A stretch of 64,000 bases of DNA from Puniceicoccaceae bacterium (lineage in GTDB: Bacteria > Verrucomicrobiota > Verrucomicrobiia > Opitutales > Oceanipulchritudinaceae), in contig JBFOMH010000004.1 of NCBI GenBank assembly GCA_040830765.1, positions 192,001 to 256,000 on the forward strand. Reading direction: 5' to 3'. Shown here piece by piece: positions 37,464 through 47,869 of the stretch. Both the position numbers and the translations under genes were made by a program. A model generated the notes under the pieces. The model was given only the letters and a program-made list of their open reading frames with translations, made no database searches and was not told the origin of the DNA. Numbering within the stretch: position 1 is the first letter of the stretch; each line of letters starts with the position of its first letter.

Positions 37464-39536
37464 ATGACTGGAGAGGGCTCAGGCGTGGTCCATGAAAGCG
37501 ACAGGCGGGAGCTGTTCCTCGAGGCCTGCCGCTCGCCCGAGGCCGCGAGGAACTTCCTCAAACCACATGTCAGGCAGCTGGCGGAAAGGGTGGGGCAATT
37601 GAGGGCCCGTTGGACAGCCCTCAATGAGGCCAATACTCCTTTTACCGTCGTTGTCCCGGAGCCAGCTTTTAAGATGGTCTGCCGTGAGGAAGACCTGGAC
37701 GCCTTATCGAATCTGATAAACCCGGAGGCTGTCTCTCTCGATGTTTTCGATACCTGCCTCAATCGCCTGCTAGCTTCACCATTGGATGTCTTCCAGATGG
37801 TGGGGTATGCCGTTGAAGCGAAGACGGGACTGTCCGCCGGGACCTTTGCCTCGGCACGGGTTGAGGTGGAGAACACCTTGCGCGCAGAGGGCCTGGCAAA
37901 CGGAACCAGGGAAGATACTTCCTTCAGCGACATCTACCAGCAACTGGAAACCCGTTTCCAATGGAACGAGAAAACGAACGAAGCGATCAGCGCCTTTGAA
38001 TTGTCGCTTGAGCAGCTGTTCCTGCGACCGGTTCCGGAGATCCGCGAATTGGCCAACAAATGGGAGCGGGAGGGTATTCCCATGGCATACACATCAGAGA
38101 TGTACCTGCCGGGGGCGGCGCTCCGTAAGCTGCTCAAGGCGGCCGGTTTCCCCGCTGCTGACATACCCGTCCTCACTTCTGGGGAAACGGGATTAAGCAA
38201 GGGAACAGGCAACCTTTACGACTGCACAGCTCGTGAACTGGGGACGGAGGGATTCGTCCACATCGGGGATAATCCGGAAACGGATGGGAGGATTCCGTCC
38301 GCAAAAGGATTCTCCTCGCTTGTCGTCAAGACGGCCAAGTCGGTCTACCCGGACCTGTTTTCAAACATCCTGTATGCAATCGGTAGCGAGCCCGGTGTAA
38401 CAAAAGGGATGAGCTTCTGGCAGAGGTTCGGATATGAGGTGGCGGGCCCCCTTCACTTCGCTTTTGCCACCCATTTGTACAAGAAGTGCCGGTCGCTTGG
38501 GAGTGAGCGGATTCACTTCCTTTCCCGGGATGGCTGGTTTCCGCGCAAGGTCTTCCAGCGCATCCAATCGGCCTGGGGAGCAGTCGCTGAGGATCACTAC
38601 CTTTACGCATCACGGGAGTTTCTCGGCCTTGGGTCGATGACCGACATCGACGGTGAGGACTGGGAATTTATCCTCAAGGCCAGCCCGCTGCTCGAGTTGC
38701 GGGATGTTTTTGAGCGCATTGGTATCCCCGCCCAAGAACATGTGCCGGTATGCGACAAGATGGGACTGGGAGATCCGGACCGGCGTCTCTGCCATCACTG
38801 CGGTTACCTGGATCCACAGGACCATGGCCGTCTCTACCATGCCATATGCCAATGCATCGAGCCCTTCCATCTGCACCGCCATCATGTTGCCACCCGGTTG
38901 CGTGAATATCTTCATGATACAGGAATTTATGATGGCCGCTCCCTGTTTGCTGACATCGGTTGGGGCGGTTCCTCTTTCCGGGCAATCCGGAAACTGGCGC
39001 CCGGGGACAAGACGCCGCATGGGGCCTACTTTGCCCTCTTTGGCGAACTGGACCCGGAAACGAGCGCGTGGTTCACGGATGGCGGGAAAAGCCAGCGCGA
39101 GGCGATCCTGATGGGTTCCATTGCCCTGATGGAATTCCTTTTTGGTTCACCCGAACCAACGGTCAGGTACATGGACAAAGGAAGAGGGGAATGGCTTCCT
39201 GTATTCAGGGATTCACTACCCTTATATGATGTTGAAGCATGGACGGGAATGGAAAGCGGAGTCCTAAAATTCACGAATCGCATCCTGGAAATACTTCACC
39301 GTGCACCCGACGGAGACGGACTGGCAAGGGTGGAGGATGTGCTGAGAATTTGTATCTTTAAGCCGGACAAGGAGGCCTTGCAAATGCTTGGCCCGCTCAG
39401 TCATGGGGAAGGTTGGGGCACCGGCCACCGGCTGAGAATGCTTCCGGCCTTTGCCAATCATCCCGAAAAGGCAACCTTGCACGAAGCCTACGCCTACTGC
39501 CCCTGGAAACCCGGTTTGAGCCGCTTGTGGGGCTGA
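37464..39536 (+). CDS. HAD-superfamily hydrolase-like protein of polysaccharide loci
   Basis: SLDVFDT, SEMYLP, HIGDN, FLSRDG, DIGWGGS motifs. Confidence 0.8.
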   Translation: MTGEGSGVVHESDRRELFLEACRSPEAARNFLKPHVRQLAERVGQLRARWTALNEANTPFTVVVPEPAFKMVCREEDLDALSNLINPEAVSLDVFDTCLNRLLASPLDVFQMVGYAVEAKTGLSAGTFASARVEVENTLRAEGLANGTREDTSFSDIYQQLETRFQWNEKTNEAISAFELSLEQLFLRPVPEIRELANKWEREGIPMAYTSEMYLPGAALRKLLKAAGFPAADIPVLTSGETGLSKGTGNLYDCTARELGTEGFVHIGDNPETDGRIPSAKGFSSLVVKTAKSVYPDLFSNILYAIGSEPGVTKGMSFWQRFGYEVAGPLHFAFATHLYKKCRSLGSERIHFLSRDGWFPRKVFQRIQSAWGAVAEDHYLYASREFLGLGSMTDIDGEDWEFILKASPLLELRDVFERIGIPAQEHVPVCDKMGLGDPDRRLCHHCGYLDPQDHGRLYHAICQCIEPFHLHRHHVATRLREYLHDTGIYDGRSLFADIGWGGSSFRAIRKLAPGDKTPHGAYFALFGELDPETSAWFTDGGKSQREAILMGSIALMEFLFGSPEPTVRYMDKGRGEWLPVFRDSLPLYDVEAWTGMESGVLKFTNRILEILHRAPDGDGLARVEDVLRICIFKPDKEALQMLGPLSHGEGWGTGHRLRMLPAFANHPEKATLHEAYAYCPWKPGLSRLWG

Positions 39537-39537
39537 T

Positions 39538-40845
39538 TTAGGTCCATGACTCCAGTTCACCCGCACAGCGCTCCATCAGGGCGGGCCGTGCCTCCGGAAT
39601 TGCATAATCGGATAAAAAGTCCCGCGCCAAACGCTTGCCGAATGTCTGGAGATAGGGAGTACCCCGGCTGGAATCCACCATTGGGAGGAAGGATTCCAGG
39701 TGACTGGCGAACACCTCGCCCGTATGGTGCTCCTCCAAGAGCTTTCGGCCGGCCAGCCCCATCTGAAAGTAGGGGTCCGGGTCCTCGCAAAATGCCTCCA
39801 GATGGCGGATAATGTCTGCCTCTTCATTGGAGGGGGAAACCGTGGCGACTGTTTCTCCCGGGAGCGTTGAATAATAGGCCGTGTTCGTAACCAGGGCCGG
39901 CAGCGAAAAGTTCCACTGCCGCAACAGGCTACCGGAGGACTCGCCCCGGCTGGGCCAACGCAGATTGATGCTGAGGTCGGACTCGCCGAGGAGTTTGTCG
40001 AGTCCCTTGTTGGAGACAAAGCCCTTCGTTGTGACCGATCCGTGCAGGTCCAGCTCACCGAGCCATTGCTTCAATTGCTTCTCATCATACTTCCCGGCAA
40101 TGATCACCTTGAAGCGATCCTTCGAAGGAGTCTTGGAAAATGCCTCCAGAAAGGGCCTCAATCGCCGGTTCGGGTTTTCCATGAATCCGAAGATTATGAT
40201 TTGATAAGGACCATTGTCCCGCTTTTGTCTCCTGATTTCCGGTTGAAGGTCGGCTTCCGGAAGGAACGGCAGCGGTGCGTACATGACCGGTGCTGACGAG
40301 TACTTCCTGATGGGATGCACGCTAAGGGGGTTGTGGGTGATGATGCCAAGGGAATTTTCCACAATGTATTCAAAAAGTGGATACTCCATGACCAGCTTGT
40401 CATTATTGACAACGCGTTTCTCGAGAAAATCGCGGCCATGCTCGACCGCCTCATGCCCACAAAAGCGGCAAAGGATGTCGAAATACTCGGCGAGGCCGCG
40501 CCCCTTTTCCATGCAGAGGTTGAGGATGGTCTCATGAACCGCGAGATCGTGCAGGACAACTATCCCAGGACATTTCTTCGCTGCTGTAATGATCTCCCCA
40601 TGGAAACGGATGTGATTGCCAATGTGGTACACAGGGAGACCTTCATGGTGCAGAGCCTTCCAATCCATGGAAGGGGTGTTGAAAGAGGAGATGGGGCAGA
40701 GTTTGCCAAGGGAAGATTCCCATTTGCTGGTGCTGGTGTACACCTTGAGGTCAAACCGTGAGGCCAGTGCCGGCAGGATGCGCGCGGTCAGGCTGCCGAT
40801 GTCCGTTTGGTCCGGAGGGAGCGGGCTGAACCAGGTAAGCTTCAT
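39538..40845 (-). CDS. GT4 glycosyltransferase
   Basis: FSPLPP, YHIGN, VVLHD, LRWPSRGESSG. Confidence 0.85.
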   Translation of the reverse strand: MKLTWFSPLPPDQTDIGSLTARILPALASRFDLKVYTSTSKWESSLGKLCPISSFNTPSMDWKALHHEGLPVYHIGNHIRFHGEIITAAKKCPGIVVLHDLAVHETILNLCMEKGRGLAEYFDILCRFCGHEAVEHGRDFLEKRVVNNDKLVMEYPLFEYIVENSLGIITHNPLSVHPIRKYSSAPVMYAPLPFLPEADLQPEIRRQKRDNGPYQIIIFGFMENPNRRLRPFLEAFSKTPSKDRFKVIIAGKYDEKQLKQWLGELDLHGSVTTKGFVSNKGLDKLLGESDLSINLRWPSRGESSGSLLRQWNFSLPALVTNTAYYSTLPGETVATVSPSNEEADIIRHLEAFCEDPDPYFQMGLAGRKLLEEHHTGEVFASHLESFLPMVDSSRGTPYLQTFGKRLARDFLSDYAIPEARPALMERCAGELESWT

Positions 40846-41888
40846 TTTACCAGCGCCTCGGCTACGTGGTCCCAGGAAATATCGAGGTCCTTATACCGCT
40901 TTTTCGCCTTCGGGCCTGCCTCCTTGGCAAAGGAGGTGGAGGACCATAATTCATCCATCGCCTTGGCCAGCTCGGCGGGGTCCGAATCCGTCACGAGTCC
41001 CTCCTCACCACTGCGGATGAATTCTGTTGGCCCGCCTGAATCCGAACAGGTAATGACTGGCTTCGATGACAACATCGCCTCCAGGGTGATGTAGCCGTAA
41101 TCTTCCAGGTGTGGGACAAAGAGGACGCCTCGACAACCCGCATAGAGGTCGACCATATCATCAAAGGGAATCCGACCCAAGAACTGGACCCGCTTTTCAA
41201 GCTTCAGTTTCTTGACCAGGGCCTTCAGCTCAACCAGGTTACGCGGATTGTCCGGCGATCCGGAAAAACGGATTTTAACTGGTTGCCGGGTCAGGGCGAG
41301 GGCCTCAACGGCCAGCTGTTGCCGCTTGATGGGTGTGATTCGACTTGGAAAGTAAAGGTAATCCCCGAACGGGCCCGACCTGAAAATCTCCGCATTCTCC
41401 GGAGGATGATAGAGGAGGCTTGATTTCAGCCCGCAGTAATCCTCCAGCCGTTGGGCGACTGTCTTGGACATGGCGTAGATGGTCTTGGCTTCCGGGAGCA
41501 AGGCGCGGTCGATGGACTCGATTGAATCCCGGATTGCCTTGCCGTTGGGGTAGGGCGAGATGTCACAGTGTTCGCTGCCCCACATCTCGAAGGCCGTCCG
41601 GTGCTGGTGCACCATAAAGGTCACCTTGTTCGGGTGACGGACGTGATAGGAAGGAAACTTGAGGCCGATGACCCTGTCCACGGGAATCCCGTTGACTTCA
41701 GTCAGGTCAAGCAGTCGGCAGGCGAGGACATGTTCATGGATGCGTTCAGGCGGGTACCACTTGAACGGAATGCGCACCAATTCGACCTCATGCTTCTTTG
41801 CCTCGAGGGCTTTCTTAAAGGTGCGGGCGAGGGTTTCGGCACCGCCTTCAACAAATGGGACGTGCGTGTTGACAATAACAATTCTCAT
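40842..41888 (-). CDS. GT4 glycosyltransferase
   Basis: PFVEGGAE, KFPSY, HQHR, EDYGYITLEAM. Confidence 0.92.
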   Translation of the reverse strand: MRIVIVNTHVPFVEGGAETLARTFKKALEAKKHEVELVRIPFKWYPPERIHEHVLACRLLDLTEVNGIPVDRVIGLKFPSYHVRHPNKVTFMVHQHRTAFEMWGSEHCDISPYPNGKAIRDSIESIDRALLPEAKTIYAMSKTVAQRLEDYCGLKSSLLYHPPENAEIFRSGPFGDYLYFPSRITPIKRQQLAVEALALTRQPVKIRFSGSPDNPRNLVELKALVKKLKLEKRVQFLGRIPFDDMVDLYAGCRGVLFVPHLEDYGYITLEAMLSSKPVITCSDSGGPTEFIRSGEEGLVTDSDPAELAKAMDELWSSTSFAKEAGPKAKKRYKDLDISWDHVAEALVK

Positions 41889-42640
41889 TGCTGGGTCGCT
41901 TTGAGGATAGCTTTCAGAAGTTTGGAATGGCTCAGGCAGGCAATGCCGAGCATCCGGTTGATTTGGTTTCGTTGAACCCGCAACCGGTCGGCCAGGGTTG
42001 GCCTTTCCTCAAGGTGCCCAACAAGGGCATAGGCCGCCCGGGAATGCCAGATCAGGTCATCCCTGAAGGCTGGAATTTCCTCAATGTCCGGATGAGCCTC
42101 CCGGGCGTAAATGGTGACGGATTCAACGAGTGGTTCAAAGTCCTTCAACATCCAGGCAAGGTGCTGGAAAAAGCGTTGTTGCCGGACGGAGACAATTTGA
42201 CCGAACTGCTTCCTGATGGACAGGGAGTCAAACCGGGTTTTGGCCTCCGACAGACGACATTCGGCGGAAATAATGAAAAAGGTCGGATCGTAGGTGCCGC
42301 GCTTCCATTCGATTAGCCTGAGGCGGGCCAGGTTTTCCCATTGACGCCAGGCAATGAGCAGCTTCCCGAAGGCCTTGATGAGATGCTGGTTTACCTCCAT
42401 CTGGGGAAGGATCAGGTTCCTTATAAAATCCGGGTAGCCGGAGCGCCGTTCATTACACTGGAGCGCCAGATTGGCATGCCAGTCCCACTCCTTCCAATCC
42501 TCTTCCGTGAAGGTGAGGTCCTCCAAATCGAGGCTGTTGGCCCGGTGGTTGAGTTCAAGCGTCCATTGCTTCTCAAGGTAGTCGGAGGTGAGTCGCTTTG
42601 CTGGCCACACCTTGCCGGGATAAAGGTCCGTTGCGCTCAT
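41885..42640 (-). CDS. Hypothetical helical protein in glycan locus
   Basis: ATGA-type overlaps with both neighbours (start 42640); no recognisable catalytic motif. Confidence 0.65.
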   Translation of the reverse strand: MSATDLYPGKVWPAKRLTSDYLEKQWTLELNHRANSLDLEDLTFTEEDWKEWDWHANLALQCNERRSGYPDFIRNLILPQMEVNQHLIKAFGKLLIAWRQWENLARLRLIEWKRGTYDPTFFIISAECRLSEAKTRFDSLSIRKQFGQIVSVRQQRFFQHLAWMLKDFEPLVESVTIYAREAHPDIEEIPAFRDDLIWHSRAAYALVGHLEERPTLADRLRVQRNQINRMLGIACLSHSKLLKAILKATQQ

Positions 42641-44352
42641 GATGATGATTCGTCTGAACGATCGTCCTTGCTCTTCCCGAGCCATTGTATCCGGAAACGG
42701 CCGAGTTGCCACTGCCGGTTGCTTTGTTCCCTCAGATTGACGATCTCCTTCCGCATGGAATCCAGTTGGGAGGCTTGTTCCTTCTGTTCCTCTCGGATGG
42801 ATTGATACTTCTCCTCACTATCTTGAAGGATTTTTTTCTCAGCCCCTGATGTGGATTCAACAAGGCCTCCCAGGTCCTTATGGAGCTGACCCATGGCGTT
42901 GCCGAGGTTGCCGATGGCCGCATCAAAGCCATCCAACTTGGGCCAAAGTGAATCCGTATGGAACTTGCCAACCTGGGCCAGTTGATTTTCCACACGTTCA
43001 AGAGTCTCCCGGATCGGCTTATTCTCATTGGTAATCGATTGAAGGATGCGGGATCCCTGCTCATCAATTTTAGCCGTCGCGGCTTCCAGTTGTGTAACCT
43101 GGTCTCCCAGATTCTTGATGGCTGACTGGAGGCTATCCCCTTTTTGCAGGATGTCCTCCCGTTGTTTGTCGGCCCTCAACTGTTCTTCGTGCAGGTTCTG
43201 CAAACCGTCGGCGATATTCTGAATGCCCTCCGACAACGCCTGGATGCCCGGCTGAATAGCGTCGGTCTGGAAGGTGCTTAACCGTTTCAGGAGCGCTTCA
43301 ACTTCTCCAATGTGCGAATCCCGGCTGGAACCGGCCTGAAGGAGGTTGTCCTGGTTTTGCAGGAGCAACTCCTGAGCTTTATTGAGGATGGCCAGGGAAT
43401 CCCCGATAGCCTGAATGGCATCAGCGAAACCATCCAGTTTTGGGAGCAGTGTCTGGTCCCTGAAAAGGCGCAGCGCTTCCACCTGGGAGTGGGTCTCGGC
43501 GGCTCGCCGCGTCAAGTCTGCCATCATCCACTGGTTTTCAACGAGAAAGCCGGCGACCTGGAATCCAAGTCCCTTCATGGCCTCGGCGGCGGATGAGCTT
43601 TTCCGCATGTAGTGGTTTTTTAACTCATTGAGATACTGGCTATGCTTCTGGCTCTTGACGGTGACCGTATTGGAATTTGTTCCCTTGGAGCTGGAATCCC
43701 GCCAGTGGTAATAGGCAAGTGGCTTTTGAATAACCCCGATGTTGAAGTGCTCGAGGAAGCGATAGTTGAAATCGAGGTCGGCGGCCATGTCCCACTTGGG
43801 GTCGAAGAGCCCGATGGTCTCATGAACCTGCCGGCGGTAGAGGAAAGCGATAGGTGGGAAAGGATTTTCGTAGCCAACCCGGAAGAGGCTAATTTCCCTC
43901 AGGGGAACATAAGGCACCCGTTCCTTTTCCGCAAAGGAGCCATCCTCCTGCTCGGTCTCAAGGATTCTCAGGGTCTGGCTAATGACTCCCTGGTAATCGC
44001 TTCGAACGCCCTTACGGTTGAGGAATCCGGTGGTCCGTTTCAGGAAATCGGGGTGCCATGTGTCATCATCATCGTGGATGGCAACGTACACCGAATCGGT
44101 ATCTTCGATAGCTGTGTTGCTGGCCTTCTGCATGCCCAGATGCTTCTCATGCATGATGCGCAGCCTTCCAGCATAGGCTTTCCGGAATTTTTGGCAGACG
44201 GCTTCCAGTTCATCGACATCACCCCCGTCGTTGACGATGACATGCTGCCAGTCGGTCATCGACTGGCCGAGTATCGACTCAATGGCCCGCTTCAACAAGG
44301 CCGGCCGGTTGCGGGTGCGTGTGATGACGCAGACTTTCGGGATTTCAGCCAT
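42637..44352 (-). CDS. GT2 glycosyltransferase with long C-terminal coiled coil
   Basis: ITRTRNR, IVNDGG, IHDDDD; heptad-rich C-terminal half. Confidence 0.88.
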   Translation of the reverse strand: MAEIPKVCVITRTRNRPALLKRAIESILGQSMTDWQHVIVNDGGDVDELEAVCQKFRKAYAGRLRIMHEKHLGMQKASNTAIEDTDSVYVAIHDDDDTWHPDFLKRTTGFLNRKGVRSDYQGVISQTLRILETEQEDGSFAEKERVPYVPLREISLFRVGYENPFPPIAFLYRRQVHETIGLFDPKWDMAADLDFNYRFLEHFNIGVIQKPLAYYHWRDSSSKGTNSNTVTVKSQKHSQYLNELKNHYMRKSSSAAEAMKGLGFQVAGFLVENQWMMADLTRRAAETHSQVEALRLFRDQTLLPKLDGFADAIQAIGDSLAILNKAQELLLQNQDNLLQAGSSRDSHIGEVEALLKRLSTFQTDAIQPGIQALSEGIQNIADGLQNLHEEQLRADKQREDILQKGDSLQSAIKNLGDQVTQLEAATAKIDEQGSRILQSITNENKPIRETLERVENQLAQVGKFHTDSLWPKLDGFDAAIGNLGNAMGQLHKDLGGLVESTSGAEKKILQDSEEKYQSIREEQKEQASQLDSMRKEIVNLREQSNRQWQLGRFRIQWLGKSKDDRSDESSS

Positions 44353-44369
44353 CGGATGGTTACTAATTG

Positions 44370-45239
44370 TTAAGGACCCGGGCGAATCGGCAAGGACAAT
44401 AATCTGTCCAGCCGGTCTCGGCTCCCCTTGATATGGCCAGCGACGGATGCGAGCTCACGGAATGCCGGCAAATCCGGATCAGGTTCTTCCTTGGCCCAGC
44501 GCTGGCGCAGGACCGATTCCCAGTGGCGGTGAGTGTTGTGGCCAGCCGTAATTGAATTAGCTGCCGAGCCGGTCGCGGATCGGGGCCGATGGTGGTAATT
44601 CGCCAGGACCTCCGGCAGAAGGCCGAGCGGCCACTTCAAGATCAGCCGGACATTGAATTCCCAGTCGCCGAGAACCGGAAGTCCTTCATCAAAGGGTCCT
44701 GCCTCCTCATATGCCCAGCGGCGAAAGAGAAACGAAATGGGCGGAAACGGGTTTTCCTCAAGGACGGTCCAGGGATCAATTGTTTCCAGCCAGGTGTTGA
44801 AGGGCGATTCTTCCTGAATTGTTATAGCATCTTCCTGCAGACGTTCCTCCACCCGCTGTGCATGACAGACCACACCGGCGAAATCCCGGTGGGCGGGCGC
44901 ATCGAGCCAGGCAACCATCGATTCAAGAAATGCCGGTCGCCAGCTGTCATCGTCGTCATGGATGACGAGAAATTCCCCTGTGGCCTGTTCGATGCCCCGG
45001 TTGGAGGCGTGTTCCATGCCCTTCGACTCCGCAAGGTGGAGGATTTGGATTTGGTCGGGGTATTGTTCGCGGGCTTCCCGGAGAACCGCCTCCACTGCAT
45101 CCCGATCCCCTGCATCATTGACGACAATCCATTCCCATGGAGGCGCGTTCCGTTGCCCGAGGACAGAGGCCGCCGCCCGGGCGAGGAACAACTCCCGGTC
45201 GCGGGTCCGGGTAATGATACTGACTTTTGCTTGGCTCAT
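44370..45239 (-). CDS. GT2 glycosyltransferase
   Basis: ITRTRDR, VVNDAG, IHDDDD, LGDWEF. Confidence 0.9.
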   Translation of the reverse strand: MSQAKVSIITRTRDRELFLARAAASVLGQRNAPPWEWIVVNDAGDRDAVEAVLREAREQYPDQIQILHLAESKGMEHASNRGIEQATGEFLVIHDDDDSWRPAFLESMVAWLDAPAHRDFAGVVCHAQRVEERLQEDAITIQEESPFNTWLETIDPWTVLEENPFPPISFLFRRWAYEEAGPFDEGLPVLGDWEFNVRLILKWPLGLLPEVLANYHHRPRSATGSAANSITAGHNTHRHWESVLRQRWAKEEPDPDLPAFRELASVAGHIKGSRDRLDRLLSLPIRPGP

Positions 45240-45299
45240 TCGCGGGAAGCGCTTGCCCTCGGGAGGGCAACGTGAATTCTAAACCCCGGAAATTGAAGT

Positions 45300-46388
45300 A
45301 TGGCATCAAAGGAAGTTCAAGCCCGGCATGTTTTTCATGCCCCGGTCGCCGGCTGGGACCGCATTCATGCCTGGCAGGAGGCCACAGGTGAACCGGCCTT
45401 TGTCTGGGGAAGGAACTCTGGTCATGTCCGGGGTCGCCTTTTCCGTTCCATCAAGCGGGACTTCGCGCTCTGGCTGGAAGCGACACAATCCGCGCCCATC
45501 ACCATCTATCACGACGGGGCCGGGGTGGATGCCCTTGGGGCGATGGATGCCAATGACCATAAAATCCTCTTTCTGCACCAGTTTTTCCCGCGCTGGGAGC
45601 GGCTGTTTGAATGGAACATCCGGATGACGGGGCGGCTGATGGTCGGCCATTCCTCTCAGTCGGCATTTGTTCGGGAACGCTTTGGCTGGATTCCGGAGCG
45701 ATTCATCCTGCCGGTACCACAGCCGGTGTTAAAACCTGAGGAGGAGGAATCGAGTGGCAGCGGAGCGGGGAACCGTACGGGAATCTGGCTTCATGGATTG
45801 CCGTGGCGCCGCTTCGGCAACCGGCTTCGCTCTATCATCGACCGCTGGCCCCCGGAGGCTGGCCAACTGGAGATTGTTGTATCCGGGAAAGGGCGCCCCT
45901 CCTGGGCCCGCAAGGACCATGTGGTCTGGAGTGTGGACCTGCCCTTTCAGTTTGCCCTCTACCGGCTTCACACCTGGGACAGTACGCTGCTGCTGAACGA
46001 TTACAGTCTCGACGCACCGTGGCTTATGGCCGCCCTTGAGATGGGCTGCTTTCCCCTCGTGCCGGAAGGAGATGGAGCTGCCCGGGTAGGAGAATGGGAG
46101 AATGACTCTGCTCCACGTCCGTATCCCTGGGGGGATGTCCCTGGAGCACTTCAACTCTTGCAGGAATGGCGCAAATCAAAGGAACAACTGCAGCCGGAAT
46201 TTGATACCTGGAGAAGGAACCTTTTCGGAGCCAAGCGCAAGGGGCCTGAATTTCTTTCCCTGTGGCAGGAAACCAAACAGACGCTCTTGGAGCAGCGACC
46301 TCCAAAGCTGCGGTCCCGCAAGCCGGCCGGAGGTTGGCACCCGGTCCGCTGGTATGAGCGGATCCAGCGCCTGCGGGCGGGTAACTGA
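45300..46388 (+). CDS. Hypothetical Trp-rich protein, possibly degenerate GT-B fold
   Basis: Long ORF filling the gap; AALEMGCFPLV weakly recalls the GT4 EAM.G.PV motif. Confidence 0.6.
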   Translation: MASKEVQARHVFHAPVAGWDRIHAWQEATGEPAFVWGRNSGHVRGRLFRSIKRDFALWLEATQSAPITIYHDGAGVDALGAMDANDHKILFLHQFFPRWERLFEWNIRMTGRLMVGHSSQSAFVRERFGWIPERFILPVPQPVLKPEEEESSGSGAGNRTGIWLHGLPWRRFGNRLRSIIDRWPPEAGQLEIVVSGKGRPSWARKDHVVWSVDLPFQFALYRLHTWDSTLLLNDYSLDAPWLMAALEMGCFPLVPEGDGAARVGEWENDSAPRPYPWGDVPGALQLLQEWRKSKEQLQPEFDTWRRNLFGAKRKGPEFLSLWQETKQTLLEQRPPKLRSRKPAGGWHPVRWYERIQRLRAGN

Positions 46389-46393
46389 GTTCC

Positions 46394-47863
46394 TCAGCCC
46401 TCCTGGATAATCTTCAGGAGAACTTCCCGAACCGCCTGTGGATTGGCTTTGCCTCGGGAGGCTTTCATGACTGGCCCGATAAAACTGTTGATAGCCTTGT
46501 CGTTGCCGTCGCGTACCTGCTGCGCGGCAACAGCATTTCCGGCAACAGCGTCGCGGCACCACTGTTCCAGTTCGCCGGCATCCTGTTCCTCCACCTTGAT
46601 GCCCTTTTCGTCCATAATGGCCTGGGCCTCTTTTCCACTGAGGAACATTTCAACAAGGACATCCTTGGCCAACTGCTTGGTCAGCTTGCCTTCGTCGATG
46701 AGCCGGACCATACGGGCTAGCGCCTCCGGCTTGAGGCGGACCGATTCCATCGGCAGGTATCCGTCTCCCTCGGCCTGCGAGCGTTCACGCTGCAGCTCAT
46801 TGGCGACATAATTGGCGACCGCCTTCGGGTTTTTCCCGTACTCCGCCATGGCTTCCTCGAAGTAGCGGGCCAGCTCATGGTCATAGCAAATCACGGATGT
46901 GAGGGTGTAAGGAAGGCCGAAATCCTTTTCGTACCGACGTTGCAGGTCAAAGACACCTTCCGGGAGCTCCGTCCGCAGTTCCTCAATCCGGTCCCGGGGA
47001 AAATGGACCGGCAGGAGATCGGGGTCGGGGAAGTAACGGTAGTCATGGGCTTCCTCCTTGGAGCGCATGGAGCTGGTATGACCGGCATCGGCATCCCAGC
47101 GGCGCGTCTCCTGGGCAACCGTGCCTCCCTTGTCGTAGACCCTGGTCTGCCTCTTGATTTCGTAGGAAATGGCATTCTTGACCCCGGTGATGCTGTTCAG
47201 GTTCTTCATCTCGGCCCGGGGATTGAGGGCTTCCTGGCCAATTGGCCGGACGCTGACATTGGCATCACAGCGCATCTGGCCTTTTTCCATGTCGCAATCC
47301 GAGACGCCAGCCGACATCAGGTGCATGCGGATGGATTGCAGCAAAGCCACTGCCTCTTCCGCACTGTGGAGATCCGGTTTGGTGACTATTTCCAGAAGGG
47401 GTGTCCCGGCCCGGTTGTAGTCGACCAACGAATCCTTGGTGAAGTGGGTCAGTTTTCCGACATCCTCCTCCAGATGGGCATGATCGAGGTGGATAACCTT
47501 GTGCTCCCCTGCCTGGTTGCGGGACGGCCCGGCGAGCTCGATTTCCACCTCACCCCCGACGCAGACCGGGGCGTCCATCTGGGTGAGCTGATAATTCTTC
47601 GGGCTGTCGGGATAAAAGTAGTTCTTGCGGTCCCATTGGAAGACATCCGGGATCTCCGAGCCAAAGATAAGCCCGAACTTGATCGCCTGTTCGATGGCTC
47701 CCTTGTTGAGGACCGGCAGGGTACCGGGCAGACCCATGACAACGGCGTTGGTCAGGCTGTTGGGAGGCTGGCCAAACCCGGTTGGCGCATCCGTGAACAT
47801 CTTGGAGGCGGTCTTCAACTGGACGTGGACTTCAAGTCCGATGACGGCTTCGTATTCAGGCAT
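46394..47863 (-). CDS. gatB: Asp/Glu-tRNA amidotransferase subunit B
   Basis: IGLEVHVQL, RKNYFYPD, HLEEDVGK, DYRYFPDPDL. Confidence 0.98.
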   Translation of the reverse strand: MPEYEAVIGLEVHVQLKTASKMFTDAPTGFGQPPNSLTNAVVMGLPGTLPVLNKGAIEQAIKFGLIFGSEIPDVFQWDRKNYFYPDSPKNYQLTQMDAPVCVGGEVEIELAGPSRNQAGEHKVIHLDHAHLEEDVGKLTHFTKDSLVDYNRAGTPLLEIVTKPDLHSAEEAVALLQSIRMHLMSAGVSDCDMEKGQMRCDANVSVRPIGQEALNPRAEMKNLNSITGVKNAISYEIKRQTRVYDKGGTVAQETRRWDADAGHTSSMRSKEEAHDYRYFPDPDLLPVHFPRDRIEELRTELPEGVFDLQRRYEKDFGLPYTLTSVICYDHELARYFEEAMAEYGKNPKAVANYVANELQRERSQAEGDGYLPMESVRLKPEALARMVRLIDEGKLTKQLAKDVLVEMFLSGKEAQAIMDEKGIKVEEQDAGELEQWCRDAVAGNAVAAQQVRDGNDKAINSFIGPVMKASRGKANPQAVREVLLKIIQEG

Positions 47864-47869
47864 GGCTGC

